Positions 1-13,500 of a DNA stretch of 64,000 nt are shown here, one piece after another. Below the pieces are notes generated by a model. It did not search any database and was not told where the DNA came from. It worked only from the letters and a program-made list of their open reading frames with translations. The position numbers and the translations under genes were made by a program. This stretch comes from Eledone cirrhosa (lineage: Eukaryota). Numbering within the stretch: position 1 is the first letter of the stretch; every line of letters starts with the position of its first letter. The stretch is taken from the NCBI GenBank assembly GCA_964016885.1, contig OZ024754.1, positions 24,180,001 to 24,244,000 of the forward strand. The letters are read 5' to 3'.

Positions 1-2075
1 AACATTGCTGTTCGTATGCAGGCATCGTACAACCTGCCTTTCATTTTTAGGGAGAACCCTTCAGCAGCTAATAGTGGTATAAGTTCTCTGAACTTTTTCC
101 AACCAGTTCTGACTCTAGCTACAGTACTTTCAGAGCACCCTCCCCCACTGCTGATTTTATCGCCCAGGTAACGGAAGCTGTCCACTATTTCTATAGAACC
201 CTCTGCGCAATTGAAAGAGCTAGTATTTTGTGGGCACTTGCTGCTACTTATTGCACCAGAACACCGGCCACATGTAAAATCTATGTTCTTAGTTAGCTTA
301 CCTGTGATCCCACTACATCTTTTATGCACCCATACTTTGCATTTAGGACATAAAATGGAGTTTCTACCTACGCCTTTCCTACACACCGAGCACGACCATT
401 TCCCAGAAGGGACCGCCGCCTTGTTTTCTTTCCTACAAACTAGAACTTTGGTCTTAGCCAGGTTAATTTTAAGTCCTTTTGACTCTAGGCTGTGCTTCCA
501 TGTTTGGAATTTCTTCTCTAGCTCGGCCATTGATTCCGCTATGAGTGTCAGGTCGTCTGCGTATAGGAGTTCCCATGGGCAGCCTGTCTTGAACTCCTCT
601 GTTATAGCCTGAAGGGCAATAATAAATAGTAGGGGGCTGAGAACAGAGCCCTGATGGACGCCAACTTTTACGCTAAACTCTTCACTATATTCGTTGTTAA
701 TTCTAACCTTGCTGACTGTTTCTTTATACATGGCTTGTATGGCCCTCACAAGCCATTCGTCAATGCCTAGTTTTCTAAGAGCCCACCAGATAATGGAGCG
801 GGGGACTCTGTCGAAGGCTTTCTCCAGGTCGACAAAAGCTAAGTAGAGGGGTTTACCTTTAGCTAGGAACTTCTCCTGTAGTTGTCGTACTATGAAAAGA
901 GCGTCTGTGGTACTTTTGCCTGACACAAACCCGAACTGCATTTCATCTAGGTCAATTCTCTCTCTGATTAGTTGCGCTATTACTTTTTCCGTGACCTTCA
1001 TGACCTGGTCGATTAATTTAATGCCTCTATAGTTACTCCTAACTAGGGCGTCTCCTTTACCCTTATAACAGTTAACGATGATGCTGCTATGCCAGTCCTT
1101 CGGAACAACCCCATTCTGTACGACTTGGTTAACTATGCGGGTGACCATGGTGTGTCCCACCGTGCCAGATGCCTTCAGCATCTCAGCAACTATTTCCGAA
1201 GGCCCAGCCGCCTTACCTGTCTTCATATCCTTGATTGCCTTACTTATTATACTCCCCTCGACTAACACTGCTGGTCCCTCTATTGGGTCGACATGGGGGA
1301 GACTGTCTTTCTCCCATTTATTCTCCTCATTTAGTAGCCTTTCATAGTGACACTTCCAAGCTACCTTCTTATCAGTGTCGGTGATGGCAAGTATGCCATC
1401 ATCGTTAAGTACACACTTCTCCCCGACAATATCACGGTTTTCCTTGACGCATTGCCTAGCAATCCTGAACACCTCACGTTTTTGGTCATCGCGTTGTAGG
1501 ACATGCTTGAACTTTCTTTCCTCAGCTTCCCTTCTTGCTAAGTACACTTCTCTCCTAGCTTCCCTCCTGGCCACTTGATAGTCTACTCTACTTCCCCCAT
1601 CCCGCCATACTTTCCAAGCCTGCTTTTTGGCCTTAATTGACCCCTCCACCTTACTGTTCCACCACCATGTTACTCTCCTCCTGCCTACAGGCCTGCTCCA
1701 GCCACAGACTTCGTCTGTCGCCAACAGCAGGTTTGCTTTCAGAAATTCCCACTGTCCCTCTATATTGTCCGACTCTAAATGTTCTTCCTTACTGTCGAAA
1801 GCATCAAGTAATATGTTTTGAAATTTATTTTTGGCTGTGGGGTCCTTTAGCTTTCATATTTTTCTCCTGAGGATAGTCCTCTTCTGCTGTCGAGTACGTC
1901 TCGTCCTGACTATGAGGTCGCTAATTATCAGTCTATGTTGGGAGGTGCATTCTTCATGGGGGAGGGATTTAGTGTTTACAACAGACACTCTGTCACGTCT
2001 TCTGGTAAGGATATAATCTACCTGGCTTGTGTGTTCCCCGGATCTATAGGTGATCAGGTGATTGTCACGTTTTTT
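1..2075 (-). mobile_element. RTE-clade LINE fragment (RT region), decayed
   Basis: Minus strand encodes [54 protein letters not shown] and LLYADDL. It closely parallels 37538-39550. Confidence 0.9.
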
Positions 2076-2083
2076 CACGTTTT

Positions 2084-2122
<39 letters not shown>

Positions 2123-2194
2123 TTATATGTACACATATATATAAATATATATATATATCAACTATGTATGTATGTGTGTTTGTATATATATATA

Positions 2195-3005
2195 TCATCA
2201 TCATCATTGTTTAATATCTATCTTCCATGCTAGCATGGGTTAGACGGGAATTATCCCACTTGAGGCAAGATTGATCGGGTGACCGTGTCTCACTCGTATA
2301 GGAATGTATCTGGCAGGTTTTCTACAGCTGGATGTCCTTCCTAACGCCAACCACATTTACAATGTGGACTGGGAACCTTTTTACTGTGTCTCCTACATGA
2401 CCACTTTACAACGTGGACTGGGTGCTTTTTGTCATGACACCTAATTGACCACTTTACAGTGTGGACTGGATGTTCTGTGTTACCAACATAACTTTACAGA
2501 GAAAAGGTGGTGTGGGAGGATGGAGTAGGGATACTGGGTTGGGGTGTATATTTGGTTAAGAGGTGCCTACTGACTGTAGGTTAAACTTTGTACGTAAGGG
2601 AAGGTGGGTCTTCTGTATTACTGTGTAGTGCCACAGGTCTCAATCCAGTAACATTGTCTTAGAGAGGTGTAAGTAGTTAAGGTCAGATTTTATCATGTCG
2701 TCCCAGGTTTTTCTGAGTCTGCCTACTCCATAGCTTCCATCAATTTTGATCGCCCTGCACTTTTTTTTCATACAGCCTTTCATATGCATCACATGACCAT
2801 ACCAACGTAATCTTCTCTTAAGTAAACTGCATCTGATCCCTCTTATTCCTAATTTCTCACTTAGTTTGTATATGTTTTGCCTTTCGTGTATATTACTATT
2901 ACACATCCAACGGAGCATGCAAGCTTCATTCCTTTCCAATCTGTGCAGGTCCTCTGCACACAATGCCCATGTCTCACTGCCATGTAACATTGCTGTTTGT
3001 ATACA
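2195..3005 (-). mobile_element. RTE LINE 3' end
   Basis: AMLHGSETW...[13 protein letters not shown]...[10 protein letters not shown]...GRLRKTW, followed by a 3' UTR and (GAT)n tail. Confidence 0.85.
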
Positions 3006-3309
3006 ACAGACAGCAATGATAACAGACAGCCACAAAAATATGGGCAAAACAAACTTCCAAGAGAGGAAAGTTACTTAGATTCTAGAAGGGTCCGTAAGGT
3101 TTAACAATATCTAGAGTAGGTAATTCCGAGAGACAAAAGTTTGTTAGATAATAGAACAGTCTAATAAAATAAAATTAATGGCCAAATGGACTAAGGAGGA
3201 GAGACGAGAATTGAAGAACTTACATTTCTGATCAACAATTCAGCAGTAAAGTGAGGTATATATATATCAAGTAAGTATGTGTATGTGTGCACGCGTGTAT
3301 ATATATATA

Positions 3310-4180
3310 ATCATCATCATCACCGTTTTACGTCCGTTCTTCCACGCTAGCATGGGTTAGACAGGTTGTCCTGTTGTGGGCAGTGTCCGGTCGGCTGACC
3401 TTGTCTTGCTCATACAGGAACTGATTCTGGCTTGATTTCTACAGCTAGATGCCCTTCCTAACACCAACCTCATTTACAGTGAGTGCTGGGTGCTTTTTTT
3501 CCGTGGCGCCTACACATCCACTTTACAGTGTGGGCTGGGTGCTTTTTTGGCGTGGCACCTCCACGACCACTTTGCAGTGGGAGGGTGTGGGGGCATATTG
3601 TGTATATGCTTCAGTTTCGGCTTGTACCCGTGGGGGGGTATTCTGTATTAATGTGTGACGCCAGAGGTCACGGTCGAGGTGTAATTGGGTAAGGTCGGCT
3701 TTTATCACCTCATCCCAGGTCTTCTTGGGTCTCCCCACTCCGTGGTTTCCATCGACTTTTAGTGCTCTGCACCTTTTTATGCAGCTGTCATCCTTCATAC
3801 GCATCACATGTCCATACCAACGCAACTGCCTCTCCTGCACACAGCATTTGATTCCTCTTATGCTCAGTCTCTCTCTCAATTCATTTATGCTTTGCCGTTC
3901 GCGTATATTACTATTACACATCCATCGGAGCATGCAGGCTTCGTTTCTTTCTAATCTACGCAAGTCTTCCACAGCCAGCGCCCAGGTCTCACTACCATGT
4001 AACATTGCTGTTCGTATACACGCATCAAACAGTCTGCCTTTCATTTTGAGGGAAAAGCCTTTTTGCAGCTAGCAGTACCTCCCTGAACTTCTTCCATCCC
4101 GTTCTTACCCTAGTTATTGTACTTTCTGAACACCCACCTCCGCTGCTAGTTCGGTCACCTATGTAGCAGAAGCTGTCTTA
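3310..4180 (-). mobile_element. RTE LINE 3' end
   Basis: ORF 3523-4044 ([20 protein letters not shown]...[10 protein letters not shown]...GRPKKTW); (GAT)n tail at about 3310. Confidence 0.85.
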
Positions 4181-4426
4181 TACGGGATACATTTATATAT
4201 ATAAATTTAAGGTATTGTTCTCAGAATAAATAACATCAAAATCTCATAGATTCGATATTATGTGAGATAAGTATGTAAGATAAATCATTTACCACAAAAA
4301 TACAATAGCATATATACAGTAATGTAAATTCTAAAGGGTTAACATGTATTTATCCCGTACCTAGATTATGGGGCGCTTAGTGTGTATATACATGTGTGTG
4401 TGTGTGTAAAGAAACAGAGAACATAC

Positions 4427-4500
4427 CTCAGCATAAACTCGACATTCAAAGCTCCATCCATTTATAGGGACATCAGTTTGACTATAAGTTAATTTATGTC
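4427..4500 (-). CDS. PCCA: PCCA exon 12
   Basis: [24 protein letters not shown]; TTTTAG/GTATGT. Confidence 0.92.
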
Positions 4501-7500
4501 CTAAAAGACAGACAAAGAAAGGGGGAAAAAAGGAATAAAGTAAAACAAAATTAAACACAACACACAAAAACAAGATGTTGTATGACAGAACAAAAGAGAG
4601 ACACAAAATAAGAAATCAGTCACTAAGGAGGTCACAGAATGTGGACAAAAGAGCTCTGACAATATATTAACAACCATCTGGTTATTGAACTAACCAACTG
4701 GAAACTTATAGTAAATTGAAGTCAATACCAATAGGTGCATGTGTTGTTATTGGCAGCATGACCCTCTCAAAGTATAACGAAATTACATTTCTTCTTCTTC
4801 GCCCCCTTATTCCTGAGGGTCGTGGGGGCAGAGTCCTTAAACACATCATCCAGAAAGTCCTGTCAGAAGCAACCATCTCAAACTGATCCGGCTGGATTCC
4901 CAAGCAAGACTAGCCGAGCTCATGGATATTATACAACTATCTTGCTCCGGGTCTACCCCAGTGTCTCCTGCCGGTTGGTTTTCTTTCCTAAGACAGTCTA
5001 ATCACATGACCATAGTATCAGAGCTGTGATCTCTCAATTCAGAGAAGTAGCAGCTCTACCTGGAGTGACTCTCCAAGCTCCGCATTCTATTGAGTAACTT
5101 TACTCCAGGGACACTTCAGAGAAACCCCATTTCAGCCAATTGTATTCAGGATTGTATTCTTTTGGTCATTACCCAAGATTCATGACCATCATATTACATA
5201 ATTTAGATATTTAAATAGGGATAGATCAATATGGAGGAGTGTAGAGAGTATAAGATAGGTTAGTCCCCTTATTGTAATAGGGATGTAACATATGTAGGTT
5301 AGTCTCCTTATTTAAATCCTTGGTGGAAGACAATTCACTACTCACCATCTTGTCAACACTGTTGTGTGAGAGAGAGAGAGAGAGAGACAGACCAAGAGAG
5401 AGAGACACAGAGACCTGGATAGGTGTATAGTGTATAGAGTTCATTACCTTTAGCTACTCGGATCATCTGATGAACAAGGTCAATACCAGTGATACACTCA
5501 GTGATCGGATGCTCCACCTGCAATCTTGTATTCATCTCCAAAAAGTAGAAATTTTTCTGAGAATCAACCAGGAATTCCACTGTACCTGAAATCATATCAA
5601 ACCAATATTTATTACAATACCAATGGGGATGCCTCTACATGGCCCCTCTACTCATTAGAAATAGTAGATAAATAACACTCAAATCACACCTACTGTTGTC
5701 TTTACAGAATGTACTGCTAGATTTTTATTTTTAACATGGCACCGACACTACCACTTTATAACCGCATTTCTAATGAAATACACTCTATTTTAATTAATGA
5801 AGAATTTTGAGGGATTTACTAAAATTATTAATTATTTCATTACTAAGATAGTAACTTAATGTAAGTTTCTTATATAAAATATGTTGGAAGATTTTAATTT
5901 AAATTGGAATCCTTTAAAATGGGTGGCTTTATTTCATAGAACCGGAGCCAGTTTTGACCGGGTTGGTAACTAAAGAGTTAAATAGGAACTCTTGAAAATA
6001 GGTGGCTCTATTTCTTAGAACCAGAGCCGATGTTGGTCGGGTTGGTACTTTATTTTATCAACCCCATAAGGATGAAAAGCAAAGCTAACCTCAGCAGGCA
6101 GTAAATCTATGCCACAAAGCAGGGTGTCTGATGCTCTGATTACTGTCAATCCACCGCCCTCTAATAATGGTTTCTGATTTAGGCACAAGACCAACAATTT
6201 TTGGGGAGGGGAAAGTCGATTAAATCGACTCTAGTGCATTACTGGTACTCTATTTTATCGGCCCCATAAGGATGAATGGCAAAGCTAACCTCAGCGGTAT
6301 TTGAACCCAGAATGTAAAGGGCTGTAACTCTATGTCATGAAGCATGTTATTCGACACTCTACCAATTACTGTCAATCCACTGCCCTCTAATAATAAAAGT
6401 TGGAATTGAAATGAATTACCTGCAGAAGAATAATTTACAGCTCTGGCTAACCTCACAGCTTGCTCCCCCATAGCTTTCCGAATGTCGGCATCTAGAAATG
6501 TACTGGATAGGAACAAAAGATAAAGATAAGTCAATGAAGAGAGAGAGAGAGAAGAGAGAGGAGACAGATAAGAGAAAACAGAGAGAGAGAGGGAAAGAGA
6601 GCGAGAGAAGAGAGACAGAGCCTAAAGGAAGGGACAGTGCCTATGGCTTTCACAGGAGTTCTGAGACAGGGGACATTGATGTTCAGATATCTATTGGACC
6701 TCCATTGGTTACAACAACAAATGTTCCAGTTGTTCAAACAATCGGACAGCTTTCTTGTGAAATTAACATGCAAATGGCAGAACATTCCACAGACATGGGC
6801 ACTCTTAATGTAGCTCTCAGGGAGATTCAGCATGAGTGTATATTAAGGTCGATCCCTTGAATTACAGTTACATCTCATGTTTGTCACTTGATTGGTAAAG
6901 GGCAATGTGAAACTCCAGCTGCTGTGATCAGCTTATCGAGTTCCTTGAAGACATTACCTGGATCACTGACAGCGGCTCATGGGTGGATGTTGTTTACCTT
7001 GACTTCGCTAAGGCTTTTAATTCTGTGCCACACAAAAGACTTATGGCGAAACTCTCTGCAATGGGTGTGAGGGATGATCTTTTTAACTGGTTGAAATCCC
7101 TCATTCTCAGCCGAAAAGAGGTAGTCTCGGTTCTAGGACAGCATTCTTCACCATATGAGATGTCATCTGGTGTACCACGGGGATCTGTTCTTGGTCCCCT
7201 TTTGTTTGTTGCATACATTAATGACATAGATGCCAACTTAAAGAATGCCACAGTACTGAAATATGCAGATGACATCAAGCTGTACCTTGAAATCAAAAGG
7301 ACAGATCCTGAAATCTATAACTCTTTCCTACAATCAGACTTGGACACAATGCAGCAATGGCTCACAGACTGGTTGTGGACAAGTGTACCACCATGCATTT
7401 TGGGAGGAAAAATCCAGCGTCCACATACTCCCTCCACAATACTGATATCAAAGAAGTCCTCTTGTGAACGTGACCTGGGCATTACTGTCAGCAGCGATTT

Positions 7501-10500
7501 GCGTTGGACAAAGCACATCTCTAAAATTGTCAAGAAGGCCGAGGGTGTCTTGGCATCACTCAGCAAGACCTTTGTTAGCCGCTCTCCAGCCATTTATTTA
7601 AAGCTCTATACAGCTATAGTACGACCACACTTGGAATTTGCATCATCAGTCTGGAACCCCTATCTTGCCCAGAACATTGACCTCCTGGAAACTGTTCAGA
7701 GACGTGCAACCAAGCGCATACCCTCCATCAGACACCTACCATACTCTTGGGCATGGATTCATTGAAGCTCCGACGTCTGGCAATGGACTTGGTAAACACC
7801 CACAAAGTTATTAACCATCTCGTCAACAACAACCCTGAGTACCTTTTTGATCTCCATGTGTCTAACACACGTGGACATGCCTACAAAATCAGAAAACAGC
7901 ACAGCTCCCATGACTTTCGGAAACATTTTTTCACGCTTAGAGTTGCTGAAGCATGGAACAAACTGCTTGCGTCAGTTGTTAGCTGCTTTAAAACCCTCAT
8001 GCTTCCCAAAATTCGCTAAAACTACACCTGATGTACCCCTTCCATACACATGCACACATGTGTATATCATGACTCATGCACTGTTCATTTTCCTGACGTT
8101 TGTACATTACCCTATGTACTATACATATACTTTTGATAAGTTGTAGTGCACCTGAGCACTGTACACAATATTTTCATTATTATTAAAATGTCTTGCTCAA
8201 GGACACAATGTACTACCAGGAATTGAACTAAGGACCTTACAATCGTGAGCCTAACATCCTAACCATGAAGCCATGACCCTTCACTCAGCTAGCTAGCATG
8301 GAGTGACACACAGGTAGAGGAAGGAGGAATATATACTGGGTGTAGACAAACCTGGGTGCTTCTTCTATTACTTTCTGGTTCCTCCTTTGAATGGAACACT
8401 CCCTTTCATTTAAGTAGACTGCATTTCCATGTTGGTCACAGAGTACCTGTGGTATGGTAGAAGGGGAGGAGTGTGGTTAAATGTTGGTAGAAGGGTAGGT
8501 AAGGAGAGGGATGATGTAGAAGTAGAGGTGGTGGTAGGGGAAGGGAAAGGGGTGGTTATGAAGGTTAATATGAAGGGGATGATGTAGTAGAGATAGTGGT
8601 AGGGGAAAGGGGTGGGTATGGAAGGTAGGAAAGGAGGAAGGGATGGTGTAGAAGTAGAGATGGTGGTGGTAGGGGAAAAGGTGAGTAGGAAGTAGGCAGG
8701 TCAAGAGGTGGGGGATGGTGTAGAAAGAGGTGATAGAGGAGGGGTGGGTAGGAGGGAAGGTAAGGTGTGGGGAGATAAAATGAAAAAGGATTTTGTCTAT
8801 CAATTTTGGAAAGAGAGACTGAGACATCCATAGACAGATAGTAATAATTGAGGTGACAAATAGAGAGGTAAAGAGACAGAAATAGACAAATAGACAGTCA
8901 GGTAGACATAAAGATAGAAAATATTCTTCTGAAAGTTCTAAAAAAGGGAAGTTAACTAGGCCCCATGAATGCTACTAATGGTACCATACATTAAACAAAA
9001 TCCATAATGTAGGTACTAGGTTCCTGCTAAATTACATACCATATCAAAGACACTCACTGCAAGAGCCACTCCACCTCATGGGGCTCTTTTCTCAAGCCGG
9101 GATGCATTCTTTCCAATTTTGCAGAGAAAAATGGCAGTTTGGGTTCCAAAGACACCTGAGGTTTTGACAGCAACAGACATGAAAAGGAAGCCATCATTTA
9201 AATACCAGTATTTGGATATCTTCCTCTCCTCTGCATTATGAGCTTATATTTCCCAGCATGGAGATTTACCAAGAAAATTTATCCTGTATTTTGGAGGCTG
9301 AAGGTTACATTAACCATAGTCCTAAGCCTAGCCCTAAAATTTAGCAACTCAAAATGGAGGTGCATTCATGATGTTAAAGCATCTTCAATGCCAGGAAACA
9401 TGGTATCTAAGTTTCAATATGGTGTGGATTACAACAACAAGTGTTTTAAGGCCATTTTCCCTGTTAAAGCAGAGACTAGTCTTGTGGACCCCATGACAGG
9501 CTTCATACTCATCATGAGGCCTTTTTGAGGCAATGTTTTACAGCCAGATTTCCTTCCTAATACCAAGCTTTATAGTCGCCTCCTATGACATGCAAAGATA
9601 CAATGTATCTATTCTAAACCGGATATACACAGTAAAAATGAGTGTAGTTTTAACCCTTAACTTACCATATTCCTAATTAAAAAAAAAAAACGTTTATGAT
9701 TTTTAATGGATTTTGAAAATAAATGAGAATTTGGATGAACTTAGTAATATTAGAAACTTTCTCATTATGAAGCTGGTGTTTGGAGCATGATTTTGCAAAG
9801 ATTTTTACATAAAATTATGAAGGAAGGTTTTTAGATAAATATTTGTATTGGAGAACCAGGAGCAGTTTTAAGAAAATAAAACTTCAAAATCAAATTTACA
9901 TGAAAAAGACTACATTATCTTACTTGAATCTCAATATGGCGTGGATTATCAATAAATTTTTCAATGAGCATTCGATCATCACCAAAACTGGCAGCAGCCT
10001 CTTGTGTGGATAAACGGAAAGCATCTCTGCAATGAAGGAAGCAGGAAACATCAAATATTTAACACTGATGTGTGTGAGTGTGTTTTTATCCAATAACTTA
10101 GCAGAGCTCAACAAAAAGATTGATAATATAAATAGCACAGTTGAAACAAGTAAGCACTGGTGTCGACATGATTTACTAATTCCCTTCAAGGGCAGTGCCT
10201 CCACATGACCACAGTCTATTGACTGAAATCAGTAAAACTCATAGCCTTATATATATATATATAATAGTAGAACACTGGAGGGTTATATCTGTAGTGGTAG
10301 AACACTCACTCCATGGGACGAGTTTGGTAAAAGTAGTTCCACAACAGTTAGTTCACTATACTGAGAACAAATGTTTCACCTTATGCAGATCTTCAGCTCG
10401 GTCTGAGTGGAGTTGTACAGAAAAGGAAAAACAAACGTAAACTTCTTGGCGATGTAATCCCACGGTCAAACGATGTAAGGGAGATAACTGCGAATGTCCG

Positions 10501-13500
10501 GAATAAATTATTCGAGTTGATCAGAATATTAGAATGTTGATGTTATTCAATCTGGAACTTTGTAATTATACAAGAGGTGTTTTCAGAAGTGTGGGAAACG
10601 TGAAAAAAGCTCCTCCCTTGATTTAAACAATTGTTATTGTGTAGCTTTCTGAGAATATTGATCCTTTTTTCAGGCAGTCCACAATACCCCTTGCGTATGG
10701 CTCAGACTGTGATAGCTTTCCACTGAGTCTTTGAGGGACCATACGTGGCTCGCGAGTTTCATGGACGATCATTTGTCCGGGTCAACTGATGATTCAGGAA
10801 ACGTTCGTTAAACCAGCCCTCCGCCATACCTACATAGGATTTAACCCCTTGTTGTTGATTTGGTCGGTTGGAAGTGACCACAGCTTCATAAATTACAGCA
10901 GGTGTGTTGCATTGTTGTTGAAGGTGACATGCTTCAGGCTTTCGGCAAGAGCATCCTAGTGGGGTGCTGCTCTTAGGGCTGTTGATGATGTGGGCCTTCA
11001 TATTCTTAGCACAGGAGTATCCTAGTTTCACTGTCTGTTAAAGATGGAGCGGTATTTGTGACCTATGGGTAAGTGTCTAAGAGAGCTAAAAATTATTTTC
11101 CTACATTAGTTTTAACATTGAGAAGGGGGGAGAGAACCAGATAGTTTTTCTATTAGCAAGATTTCTTTTCCTATTGCTGTTGGTGTTAGTGGGGGAGTAA
11201 GTAATAGGTTGCAAGAAACTGCTGTTAGCTAACACCGTGTTGTAGTAGGGTACCACTTGCTGTAGGTGTTAGTGAGGGAGTAAATAATTGGTTGTGAGGA
11301 GCCGCTGTTAGCTAACGCCACGTTGTAGTAGGGGGCCACTGTCAAAGATTGCTTTATTAGAGGAGAGATTCTAGTACCGATATTATTCACGAAGTTTCTA
11401 AAAACTGTAGGTGGGTGGCAAGAGTCCTTGTGTATGTAATTAAGTTTTTCATTTAGTTTATGGAAGGGTCTGAAGGTGTGTGTGCGAAGGTCTAAATTTA
11501 TGTCTAAGTAATCTACGCTAGTGAGGTTGGTAGTTAGTTATCCTAAGTCCTAACTACAACGCAGCATTAGCTAACAGCGGCTTCTCGCAACCAATTACTT
11601 ACTCCCCTGCTAAGACGAACAGCAATAAGAAAAGAAATCGTGCTAATAGAAAAACTATCTGGTTCTCTACCCCCTTCTCATTCAACGTTAAAACTAATGT
11701 AGGAAAAAAAAATTTTAGCTCTCTTAGAAAGACACTTTCCCATAGGTCACAAATACTGCTCCGTCTTTAATAAGCACACTGCTACTTCGACTATCAAATT
11801 TCCCTGAACATCTACTGCATATGTAGTCTCCCCTTGCTGTTAGTTTGCTTGCTATCCCACTACATCTCTTGTGTACCCAAGATCTGCATTGTGTACATTT
11901 TATAGAATTTATCCCAACTCCTTTTCTACATATCGAATAAGGCCATTTCCCTGATGGAATCAGTTTTGTCCTCTTTCCTACTTATCAACACTTTAGTCTT
12001 AGCTAGGTTCACTCTCAGTCCTCTTGATTTTAACTGCTGTTTCCATAGCCAGAATTTATTCTCTAGCTGCTCTACTGATTCTACTATAAGTACCAGATCG
12101 TCAGCATAGAGAAATTCCCATGAGCAGCCAGTCTTAAACTCCTCTGTTATGGCTTGAAGAATTATAATGAATAAGATTAGGCTGAGGACCAAACTCTGAT
12201 GCACTCCTACTCGTATCTGGAATTCCTCAAGAAACTCCATTCCTACCCTCACTTTACTGACAGTTCCTCTGTATATAGCGTGCACTGTCCTCACAAGCCA
12301 TTCCTCTACACCTAGTTTCCTTAGGGACCACCAGTTGACAGATAGGGGTACTCTATCAAAGGCCTTCTCTAAGTCAACAAAGGCTAAGTATAGTGGCTTA
12401 TTTTTCTCTAAGAACCTTTCTTGTAGTTGTTTCACTAAGAAGAGGGCATTTGTTGTACTTTTCCCAGGCACAAAACCAAGCTGCATCTAATCTAATTTGA
12501 CCCTTTCTCTAATTAGTTGTGCTAGCATTTTTTCTGTCACTGTCATAACCTAATCCATCAGTTTTATGCCTCTATAATTGCTCCTCTCCAGAACATCCCC
12601 TTTACCTTTATAGCAATTTACAAGAATACTGTTGCACCAGTCTTTGGGTATGACTCCCCCATATATAGCCTGATTGACTATGCATGCAACCAGTTTAGTT
12701 CTAATTTCTCCTGATGCCTTCAGCATCTCAGCAACTATCCCCGACGGTCAAGTGGCCTTACCGCTTTTCATTTCCTTAATTGCCTCTTGGACTGTATACT
12801 CATCAATCTCAATAGCTGGTCCCTCTGTTGGTTCTACTGGGGGTAATTTCTCTCTCTCCCATTCGTTCTCCACATTCATCAGTCTCTCATAATGACATTT
12901 CCAGGCCACCTTTTTCTGAGAATCAGTGACATTAAGTGCACCAGCATCATTTCGGACACACTTATCTCCAACATCCTGATTTACACTGCCTTGCAATGTG
13001 GAACACCGCACGTCTCTGATCTTCCCGTCGCAGAACATTGGCAAACCTCCTACCCTCAGCTTCCTGGCGTGCTAAGTATACCTAACATCTAGCCTCTCTT
13101 TTAGTGGCTGAGTATCAGTCTCTACTCCCACCATTTTTCCAAGCCTTCCATGCTTGTCTTTTGTCTTTAATGGCTCTATCTACCGTGCTGTTCCACCACC
13201 AAGTCACCCTCTGTCTGGCTCCAGCCACAAGTTTCTTCAGTAGCTTGCAGTAAGTTGTCACGTAAGAAATTCCAGTTATCATCTATGTCATTCAATTATA
13301 ATTCGTCTTCTTTCTCACCATACACATCTTGAAGGGCTTTCTTAAATTTATATTTTAGTGAAAGGTCTTTTAGCTTCCAGACCTTCCTGTGTGTCTCATT
13401 CTGTCTCTTGCTTATTGAGATGTCGCTAATGACTAACCTATGTTGGGGGGGGGTACATTCTTCCCTGGGGTATACCTTAGAATTCTTCCCCGGGGTATAC

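Noticed and set aside
3061-3250. Possible PCCA exon 13 (expected to start with DP...)
   Set aside because: No open frame matching the expected G-LPS-G-L...RVDSG motif was found in 1-4426, so the exon presumably lies left of the window.
8455-8775. Pro/His-rich ORFs
   Set aside because: This is a low-complexity purine/pyrimidine tract forming the intron upstream of the PCCA exon 9 acceptor.
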